Assembly: GCA_039193195.1 (NCBI GenBank)
Contig: JBCCWS010000005.1
Span: 154,637 to 218,636, forward strand
Source of the DNA: Pseudomonadota bacterium
GTDB lineage: Bacteria; Pseudomonadota; Gammaproteobacteria; Steroidobacterales; JBCBZW01
Length of the DNA stretch: 64,000 nucleotides
Reading direction: 5' to 3'
The notes under the pieces are model-generated. The model had not been told where the DNA came from. It searched no databases and saw only the letters and a list, made by a program, of their open reading frames with translations. The position numbers and the translations under genes were made by a program. Shown here in pieces: positions 37,168 to 44,362 of this stretch; the first letter of the stretch is position 1; each line of letters starts with the position of its first letter.

Positions 37168-38775
37168 ATGAGCACTCCCCCAGCTGGCGATGCCGTGCGT
37201 CTCTCGCAGAGCGATCTGTGGCAGCGGCAGAAATCCTTCTACTGCCGTGAGGGTGTTGCTGCCTGGCAGGGCAAGGTGCCCTTCTACGCCACCAGCAACG
37301 CCTTCATCGCCAACGCCTACGCGCAGATGATTCTCGCCTACATGCAAGACACGGCGGCGCGCACGCCCGGCGAGGTTCACCTCACCTTCCCGATCGTAGA
37401 GGTGGGGGCGGGGCCCGGGATCTTCGCGTTCCACCTCGTGCAGCGCCTCAAGGACCTCCTGGCGTTGCTGGACGATCCTCGCCTGCGTTTCACCTACGTG
37501 CTGACCGACGTCGCCCAGCGCAACCTGGACTTCTGGTGCCACCACCCCGCTTGGGAGAGTCACATCGAAAGCGGCCTGGTCGATTTCGCCGCCCTCGATC
37601 TACTCACGGACACGGACCCGCCTCTGGAGCTCGCCGGTGCTCCCCTGTCCAGCCTCATCGCCCAGGGCGATGGGCCACGGACGCCGATGATCGCTTTGGC
37701 GAACTACGTGTTCGACTCTATTCCCACCGACGTCTTCCGGGTGGAGAGCGGCGTGCTCGAGGAAGGCCGCGTGCCACCATCACCCACCTTCGAAGCGGAC
37801 TATCCCGAGAACTACTCGGTCACGCTGGAGGACATCAACAGTCCGCTCACCTTTCAGCGCGCGACCCTGCCGTACTACGCCGACCAAGCGAAGGATGCCG
37901 TGGTCCAGCGCTACCTCGACAGTGGGCGCGAGGGCTACCTCTGTATGCCGATCGCGGCTATGGAGGTGATCGACAAGCTCACCGCGCTGGCCGAGCGCGA
38001 GCTGCTGCTGATCAGCAGCGACAAGGCCTACTCGGGCCACGCGGCGCTATACGCTGCCCACGAGCCCGAGCTTGCCTTCCACAACGAAGCGCACTCGATC
38101 ATGGTCAACTTCGAGGCTCTCGGCGAGTACTGCCGTGCGCGCGGTGGCGACGTCTACCACCAGCGCACTCAGCAAGGGCTGGCGACCTCTGCGTTCCTCC
38201 TAGGCAAGCGGCTCGACGCCCTGCCGCGCACGAGGCTAGCGGTGGAGACGCACCTCAACGGATTCAGCCCGGGAGATCTATTCCGTGTCTCAGCACACCT
38301 CGCCGACACCTCCGGCGATTGCCCGCTGGAAGTGCTGGTCGCCCACATGAATCTCTTGCGCTGGGATCCGGAGCTGTTCAACCAGCATTTGGAGTTGATC
38401 TTGAGCGAGGTGCGTGAGGTGGATGCGAGCGTGTGGAAGGACCTCGCCGATGGCGCCCGCTACGCAGCCACGCAGGTGTACCAGGTGCCCGAGACGCCAG
38501 ACACGTTGATGAGCATCGGCTGCGTGCTGCAGGAAATGGAGCTTTACGACGATGCCCTAGCGTGCTTCGAGCGCTCGCGCGCCGAGAACGGCGAGAACGC
38601 GCTGGCCAGCTACCACATGGGCCTGTGTTACCTGGGACTTGAGGACAACGCCCGCGCCGTCAGCGCTCTCGAGGCCTCGGTGGCGATGAATCCCGATGAC
38701 GTGACGGTGAAGGGCTGGCTGATGCAGGCCCGAGAGTGGCTGGCTGAGCAGGAGCAAGCGCCGCCCCGGGCCTAG
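37168..38775 (+). CDS. Hypothetical protein: SAM-methyltransferase-like (MidA-like) N-terminal region + C-terminal TPR
   Basis: ORF 37102..38775(+). ATG at 37168. A GxGxG-type Rossmann strand 'IVEVGAGPGIFAFHLV' follows 'FYATSNAFIANAYAQMIL'. C-terminal TPR-like 'LQEMELYDDALACFERS...YHMGLCYLGLEDNARAVSALEASVAMNPDD'. The functional assignment is tentative. Confidence 0.6.
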   Translation: MSTPPAGDAVRLSQSDLWQRQKSFYCREGVAAWQGKVPFYATSNAFIANAYAQMILAYMQDTAARTPGEVHLTFPIVEVGAGPGIFAFHLVQRLKDLLALLDDPRLRFTYVLTDVAQRNLDFWCHHPAWESHIESGLVDFAALDLLTDTDPPLELAGAPLSSLIAQGDGPRTPMIALANYVFDSIPTDVFRVESGVLEEGRVPPSPTFEADYPENYSVTLEDINSPLTFQRATLPYYADQAKDAVVQRYLDSGREGYLCMPIAAMEVIDKLTALAERELLLISSDKAYSGHAALYAAHEPELAFHNEAHSIMVNFEALGEYCRARGGDVYHQRTQQGLATSAFLLGKRLDALPRTRLAVETHLNGFSPGDLFRVSAHLADTSGDCPLEVLVAHMNLLRWDPELFNQHLELILSEVREVDASVWKDLADGARYAATQVYQVPETPDTLMSIGCVLQEMELYDDALACFERSRAENGENALASYHMGLCYLGLEDNARAVSALEASVAMNPDDVTVKGWLMQAREWLAEQEQAPPRA

Positions 38776-39821
38776 GGCGTCTCCTGTGGTGCGTAGCGCG
38801 CGGCCAGATTCGCTCGTTCCCAGCGCGCGTACAAGGTGGCGAGTGCTGCGCGCGCCTCACGGGTGGCGTCGTGCGCTTCACCGAGCGATGCCGTCAGGCC
38901 CTCGTAGGCGGTGAGCTGTAGGGGTTCGGCCTCAGTGTAGTGCTCCGACAGCGAATGAAAGGCTCCTAGTCGACGGCGTACGTCGTGGCCGATCCAATGC
39001 TCCGGTAAGGTCTCATCTAGGATCGCAAGCGAGGTGGTGAAGGCCTATAGGGCCGCGTCGATCTGTCCCGCATTGCTCTCCAAGCGCCCCACGTTGGCGA
39101 GCGTGATGCCGATGTCCGGGTGCACTTCGCCGAAGTTTGCGCGCAGGATCTCTAAGGCGAGATGGAAGCTATTCCGAGCCCCCTCCACGTTCCCCAGGCG
39201 TTGCTCAGCGCGCGCCAGACCGTTGCGTAGAAACGCGTTGGTCTGGTGCTTTGGGGAGAGGTGTTGGTCGGTGATCGCGAGAGCGCGGCGGTATTCTGCC
39301 GCGGCCTCGTCCCAGCGTTGGGCGCTGGCGAGGGCGTTGGCGAGGTTGTGGAGCGGCTCGGCGAGGCGGATGTCACCGGACCCGTGGTCACTTGTCAGAC
39401 GCTCAATCCCCTCGCAGCTCAAGGCGATGGAGGTCTGCGCGTCGCCGTCGCTCAGGGCAAAGCTAGCGAAATTGATGACCGCATCGGTTAAGAAATCTGG
39501 GTGCTCCGCAGCGTTCTTGTGGGCTGCGTCCAGTGCTCGTTGGGACAGCGGCCTCGCCTGATCCAGCTCACCCTGGCGGTGCAGGATGCGGGCCCGCAGT
39601 TGATCGCTCTGGGCACGCGGCACGGCATCGACGTGGCCCGTGTAGGTGGAGATTGCCCCCTCGGGATCGTACTGCCGGATTCCGAGTACTGCGTCGATGG
39701 CGTCTGCACCGTGGATCTGTTGCCCAATGCAGGGGTCTTCGATCTTATCCCACGTGCGGAGGGATCGAACTTCTTCATTGGCTGGGTCGATGAGCAGTGC
39801 GACACGTAGAACTTCTTCACC
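38772..39821 (-). pseudogene. TPR (TPR_12/kinesin-light-chain-like) protein relic: no start codon, in-frame TAG
   Basis: The reading frame of ORF 39045..39623(-) continues in frame past the TAG at 39045-39047: '...RLESNAGQIDAAL*AFTTSLAILDETLPEHW...YTEAEPLQLTAYEGLTASLGEAHDATREARAALATLYARWE'. It also stays open for ~66 codons upstream of the GTG at 39623 without any ATG/GTG/TTG. TPR units present: 'AEPLHNLANALASAQRWDEAAAEYRRAL', 'HPDIGITLANVGRLE'. Confidence 0.5.
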
Positions 39822-39978
39822 GGTGCTTGCACCTCGATCCTCACCGGTGACCGGACGGTGACGGCGGAGTTCTTGAGCGAGTGAGCGTCCGCTGTTTGAG
39901 GGCCGCTGGGTGTGGCGCTCAGCGACCCCTTGCGCGATGGGGGACCGGTGTTGCTGCGCCCAGGGATCTCCTTGACGT

Positions 39979-40896
39979 CTACTGCCAGAGGTAGATCACC
40001 TCGCCGGGTGCCTCCCGCGGCAGCGCGTCCCCGCGCGCATAGGCCCGCGCCACGGGCGACCGACGCGCATGGGTATCGAGAAACATCATGGTGGCCGAGC
40101 GCGTGATGTCCAGCTGACGGGGGTCGTCCGCGAGGTCACAGGTCTCGATCGGCAGGTCGCCGAAGATGCCGCCGAAGGCATGATCGCCACCTACCAGGAT
40201 AGGGAGGTACTTCAGTGGCGAGCTGGCGAGGAAGTATGGGTCTGTGCGTTCGTACCAGGGAAAGTCCTCCTCGCCATCCTCCGTGCCGGTCATCACCATC
40301 AAGGGGAGGGAAACGCCAAGATGTGAGCCGTCGTCAAACAGTCCCACATTCGTGCCGACGGCGGAGAGCAGTAGGGCGGCGATGGGCTTGGGGTCTTGGA
40401 AGTCGCGGCCGTCGAAGGGTCTGGCGCCGGCGATCAGCTGCATCGTGAGCGCGCCCATGGAGTGGCCGCCGATGACCACGCGATCGCCATCGAAGCTCGC
40501 GTCCGCGAGCGCCTCGATCGTGTCCAAGCGATTTAGCACATAGCGCACTTGGTAGGCGCGCTCGTCCCAGTTGGAGAAGTCGAACTGCTGGGAGCAGCCA
40601 TCGGCGGGCAGCTCGTCCTGCTGCAGGTAGGAGTCGCTGTGGTCGATCTGCACGATCGCGTAGCCCCAGGAAGCCCAGTGTGCCACCAGAGGCACGTAGG
40701 CTTGCCGGCTGCCGCCGTAGGCGTGGGACCAGACGATCACCGGGGTATCGCTGACGCCCTCGGGCACGGTGACGCGCAAGACGAGATCGTCGATCGTGCC
40801 TGCCTCGTTGCCGGGCAGGATCAGCGGGTCGTGCGTCTCAACGTTGAGCGGGCCGGCGCTGGCGAGATAGAGCGAAGCGAGGATAGTGCTGAGCAT
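39979..40896 (-). CDS. Secreted alpha/beta hydrolase (dienelactone hydrolase / PAF-acetylhydrolase-like)
   Basis: Signal peptide 'MLSTILASLYLASAG'. Nucleophile elbow 'VIGGHSMGALT' (G-x-S-x-G). 'VIVWSHAYGG...LVAHWASWGYAIVQIDH'. His near the C-terminus 'VGGDHAFGG'. Confidence 0.75.
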   Translation of the reverse strand: MLSTILASLYLASAGPLNVETHDPLILPGNEAGTIDDLVLRVTVPEGVSDTPVIVWSHAYGGSRQAYVPLVAHWASWGYAIVQIDHSDSYLQQDELPADGCSQQFDFSNWDERAYQVRYVLNRLDTIEALADASFDGDRVVIGGHSMGALTMQLIAGARPFDGRDFQDPKPIAALLLSAVGTNVGLFDDGSHLGVSLPLMVMTGTEDGEEDFPWYERTDPYFLASSPLKYLPILVGGDHAFGGIFGDLPIETCDLADDPRQLDITRSATMMFLDTHARRSPVARAYARGDALPREAPGEVIYLWQ

Positions 40897-40934
40897 GTTG
40901 CCTTCCTTGACGATGGCTCGTGCGCCAGCATACG

Positions 40935-41461
40935 TCAGTTGTTCGCTCGCCGCCCGCGGGGCAGGCTTTCAAGGGGCGGAAGCGTCGCCACGAGGGCCTC
41001 GATGCTGGCGGCGATATGCTCCGGCGTCACATGATGCAGTGCGTGGCTCTGTCCTGGCAGCACCTGCGAGGTCCTGGATTCGATGATCGCTTCAAGTCGC
41101 TGGCCATGATTCCAGTAAGGCACGATGTCATCCTGGTCGCCGTGAATCGCCAGCATAGGATGGGCGATTGAGCGGTAGCAGCCACCTGCGGTATCGCAAG
41201 CGTGGGCTGTGGCCACAGCCTGGACGATCGAAGCAGAGCACCCGATGGCGACGGGCGAGCAGCGGGGCGATCGAGCTTTCGAACTCCAATAGACTGGAGC
41301 TGGCGCCGTGGGTGAGCACGACCGTGGGCCCTGCCCCTCGGTCGGTGTAGTGGAGGCGCTGCGAACCTACCTCGAGGAAGGCTCTCACAGGGTGGTGCAC
41401 GCCGCTCGGCAAGGCGTACGCCCACCGCGGTGACCAGTGCCAAAACGATCGCCGTCGTCAC
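40935..41461 (-). pseudogene. Alpha/beta hydrolase relic (internal deletion + frameshifts)
   Basis: The N-terminal piece 'FLEVGSQRLHYTDRGAGPTVVLTHGASSSLLEFESSIAPLLARRHRVLCFDRPGCGHS' (ORF 41128..41412) and the C-terminal piece 'PMLAIHGDQDDIVPYWNHGQRLEAIIESRTSQVLPGQSHALHHVTPEHIAASIEALV' (ORF 40935..41216) are in different frames and overlap in coordinates. The ~130-aa core carrying the G-x-S-x-G nucleophile is absent. Confidence 0.55.
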
Positions 41462-41503
41462 TAGGCCGGCGACGAGCAGCCCGAGGAATACGACCTACAA
41501 GCG

Positions 41504-41914
41504 CTAGGCGAGGTAAGGATCTTCCTTCGAGGGTACGGGCTCCCACAGTTCGATCTTGCGACCCTCAGGATCGAGGATCCAGGCGAAGCGGCCGTTGGGT
41601 TGAGCGTCCACGTCGCCCACCACGGTGATGCCTTGTTCGCGACAGGCGCAAAGTATCTCGTCGAGGCCCTGGACGCGGAAGTTCATCATGAACTCTTGGC
41701 TTGAGGGTTCGAAGTAGTTGGTGTCGTCCGGGAAGGCGCTCCACACGGTGTAGCCAGTCTCCGAGGGCGTGTCCTTGTCGGTCCACTGGAAAGCGAAACC
41801 TCCCCAATCAGCAGCGTCGATACCTAAGTGCTTTCGGTACCACTCGATGGTGCTCTTGGGGTCCTTGCTGCGAAAGAATAGGCCGCCGAGACCGGTCACG
41901 CGTGCGTTTGCCAT
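41504..41914 (-). CDS. VOC-family (glyoxalase/bleomycin-resistance fold) protein
   Basis: 136 aa. 'GLGGLFFRSKDPKSTIEWYRKHLGI' and 'GRFAWILDPEGRKIELWEP'. Confidence 0.85.
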   Translation of the reverse strand: MANARVTGLGGLFFRSKDPKSTIEWYRKHLGIDAADWGGFAFQWTDKDTPSETGYTVWSAFPDDTNYFEPSSQEFMMNFRVQGLDEILCACREQGITVVGDVDAQPNGRFAWILDPEGRKIELWEPVPSKEDPYLA

Positions 41915-42064
41915 GGTCGCCTCTCCCGAGTGTTGCTAGCAATGGACGCACAGTATGCGCCATCGCAGATCGCAGCGGGGACCATGCAGTCAGGGCTCGC
42001 AAAGAGAAAAGGGAGCAGTGTTGCCGCCCCCTATTCGGTCGTTCAAGCCCGATCGACCGTTTGC

Positions 42065-43978
42065 CTAGTCGTCGTCTTGCATCAGGACGCTCGATGCACC
42101 AGTGCCTTGGTACAGGGGGTCGCCTTCGGTCACGGCATCGCTCCACAGGTAGCCGTCGGACCAGAGGTAGCCATCGCTCCACAGATAGCCGTCGGACCAG
42201 AGGTATCCGTCGCTCCACAGATAACCGTCGGACCAGAGGTAGCCGTCGCTCCACAGATAACCGTCAGACCAGAGGTATCCGCTGGCGAAGGCCGCATCGC
42301 CCCAGAGATTGGCGGTGTCTTCCACTAGCACGCCCGCTTGCCCAGGCACGTGCAGCATCAGCGGCGAGAGGGCTTCGCCGGTGACCACGGCGGTGTCGTT
42401 CATCGCCGCTTCCACATCGAGTAGACCGGCGCCGGCAGCTGTAGGATCGGCGCTGAGCTTGCGTGCGGAGCGCATCAAGCGGGCCTTCACGGTGGCGGGG
42501 CTCAGGCTAGGGTCCTTCTGCAGCATCATGGCAGCAGCAGCCGCCACCATGGGCGCGGCCATGCTGGTGCCAGACAGGGCCAGGTAGTCGTCGTGGCAGT
42601 TCGTCCGAGTACAGTTGACAATACGGTTAGGTAGATCGCTACGTAGCTGGGCCACGTCCGGGATCGGTGCGACCACGCGGTTGCCCGGAGCTACCAGATC
42701 TGGCTTCAGCACATGATCGATGAGGGTCGGACCACGGCTCGAGAAGGTCGAGATAAAGTCGTCGCTGAAGTCATCGCCGGTGCCATGATCAGTTATGGAT
42801 CCGACTGTGATGATCTTGCGCGAGGTGCCGGGGCTCTTGATGGTGAAGTTGCCATTGCGGCCAAGGTTGCCCGCCGCTGCGACGACCACCATACCCTGAT
42901 CCCAGAGTGCCTCAGCGGCGGCGACTAGGGGATCGGTGTCCACGGACTGGCTGACGCGCTTGCCCAGGGACAGGTTGACCACCTTGATGTCGAAGTAGCT
43001 GCCGTAAGTAAGCAGCCAGTCCATCGCCGCCAAGGCATCGGAGACGCCGCCGCGGCCCTGACCGTCGAGTACGCGTAGGGACAGCACCTGGGCCCCGCGG
43101 GCGGTGCCACGGAAGTCCCACCCGGAGTTGCGACCGCGGCCGTTGATGATGCCCGCCACGTGGGTGCCGTGGCCGTTCACGTCCTCGCGCGGGCTGCCGT
43201 TGTAGGCCGCGACCTGACCGTTGAGGATCGTGGGCGTGGGGTATTGGCCGCCGACGAAGTCGTACTGCAAGACGATCTTATGGCTCAGGTCATCGTGGGC
43301 AGCAACGCCTGTGTCGATTACGGCCACCTTCACGCCGGAACCGTTGAACGGAAAGTTCGCTGAGTTGACCGTCGGCAGCCTGGCCGCCTTGCGCGAGGCT
43401 ACCGAGCTCACGCTAATCGCCTCGTCTAGCGCCAGGTGGTCGACGTTGCTGTCGATCGCCAGGCGGTCGATCGCTCCCGCGGGCAGGCTGACCGTGCGCA
43501 TGTCGAGGGTGCGGTAGCTGTGGGTTACCGTGCCGCCCAGCTGGGCCACCTTCGCATCGTCGAACAGCTCCGGATGCGCCTCGTAGCTCACCACTACGCT
43601 TACGGGCGCGGTTCCGCCAGCCGCAGCCATCTGGGCCAGGGGCGGGACCATCTTGGCGCGCGCGACGTCGATCTGCGACCGCGTGAGCGCTTCAGGCACG
43701 CCGATCGTGGCGGCCACTGCCGCCGATGCGTTGGCGCTCTGCATGGCTGGGATGGCTCCCTCACTGTCCACACGCAACCCGTACTCGTCGACGGCTAGCG
43801 CCTCAGCTGGGCGGAGCCCGTCCGCGCCCGCTGGCGATTGCGCGTTGGCGCCGAGGAGCATGCCCTGGGGCGAAGGGGCGAGCGATGCGCCGTCGAGAGG
43901 CCTTTCAGTGTGGATGGACCACACGTACCCAGCGACAAGGGCGGTGGAGATCGCGGCGATCTGCATGGTGGGCTTCAT
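42065..43978 (-). CDS. S8 subtilisin-like serine protease with C-terminal (GYLWSD)x8 array, paralog 1
   Basis: ORF 42065..44107(-). ATG at 43978 ('MKPTMQIAAISTALVAGYVWSI' signal/anchor). I9-like propeptide 'VSVVVSYEAHPELFDDAKVAQLGGTVTHSYRTLDMRTVSL'. Catalytic triad contexts 'VKVAVIDTGV', 'HGTHVAGII', 'LSGTSMAAPMVAAAAAMM'. The C-terminus is '...WGDAAFAS(GYLWSD)8AVTEGDPLYQGTGASSVLMQDDD'. Confidence 0.9.
   Translation of the reverse strand: MKPTMQIAAISTALVAGYVWSIHTERPLDGASLAPSPQGMLLGANAQSPAGADGLRPAEALAVDEYGLRVDSEGAIPAMQSANASAAVAATIGVPEALTRSQIDVARAKMVPPLAQMAAAGGTAPVSVVVSYEAHPELFDDAKVAQLGGTVTHSYRTLDMRTVSLPAGAIDRLAIDSNVDHLALDEAISVSSVASRKAARLPTVNSANFPFNGSGVKVAVIDTGVAAHDDLSHKIVLQYDFVGGQYPTPTILNGQVAAYNGSPREDVNGHGTHVAGIINGRGRNSGWDFRGTARGAQVLSLRVLDGQGRGGVSDALAAMDWLLTYGSYFDIKVVNLSLGKRVSQSVDTDPLVAAAEALWDQGMVVVAAAGNLGRNGNFTIKSPGTSRKIITVGSITDHGTGDDFSDDFISTFSSRGPTLIDHVLKPDLVAPGNRVVAPIPDVAQLRSDLPNRIVNCTRTNCHDDYLALSGTSMAAPMVAAAAAMMLQKDPSLSPATVKARLMRSARKLSADPTAAGAGLLDVEAAMNDTAVVTGEALSPLMLHVPGQAGVLVEDTANLWGDAAFASGYLWSDGYLWSDGYLWSDGYLWSDGYLWSDGYLWSDGYLWSDGYLWSDAVTEGDPLYQGTGASSVLMQDDD
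42137..42280 (-). repeat. 8 x 18-bp in-frame tandem repeat encoding GYLWSD (organised as 4 x 36-bp super-repeats)
   Basis: Units begin at 42137, 42155, 42173, 42191, 42209, 42227, 42245 and 42263. On the coding strand they strictly alternate G-Y-CTG-W-AGC-D and G-Y-CTC-W-TCC/TCT-D. All eight translate to GYLWSD. Confidence 0.95.
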
Positions 43979-44092
43979 AGTTCGGTTCCCGGTCTGGAGG
44001 TTAGCTTCATGCGACTCAGTTTGCTGGAGCCATTTCACCCGTTTGCCGGCCAGCCGGCGTGTATCTCTCAGGGGCGGTGTGGTGCGAGAGTG

Positions 44093-44121
44093 TGATGTGA
44101 TCCGCATAACGAATGCGTCAA
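44093..44121 (-). promoter_or_regulatory. Conserved leader/promoter-like block upstream of S8 paralog 1
   Basis: On the minus strand it reads TTGACG-N17-ACATCA, inside a block ('TTATGCGGATCACATCACA') conserved with the paralog-2 upstream region. It lies ~115 nt upstream of the ATG. The -10 match is poor, so the promoter assignment is tentative. Confidence 0.3.
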
Positions 44122-44362
44122 GTCCGCTTTCTCAGCATCGGCGGCGCGAGATGTGCGTTACGCTCGATGGAAATTGCTAATTGAATAAATAGCTAGAAAT
44201 GGTACGCGGTGCTTCAGGGTGGGCGGCTCGCGCACTGGGGCGGGCAGGCGGGCGGGGCGGCTTCAGAGGCGCCGGGCGCACCGATGTCGGATACACGGAA
44301 ACAACGAAGGAGGGGCGGCTTGCGCCGCCCCTCCTTCTAGGGTGGTGGTAGGCGGATCTTGC

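Noticed and set aside
42137-42280. Regularly spaced 18-bp direct repeats, considered as a possible CRISPR-like or other non-coding array (also at 44432-44575).
   Set aside because: The repeats are contiguous with no spacers. They are in frame within long protease ORFs and translate perfectly to one hexapeptide. No cas genes are present.
41701-42384. ORFs with striking Arg-rich periodic repeats ('RRTRGSRRSTD...', 'VERRLPLVRRLS...') on both strands at 41701-42384, 41808-42254, 41930-42328 and 44410-44862.
   Set aside because: They are alternative-frame or antisense readings of the GYLWSD 18-bp repeat arrays. The S8 protease frame has full-length family similarity and explains the periodicity.
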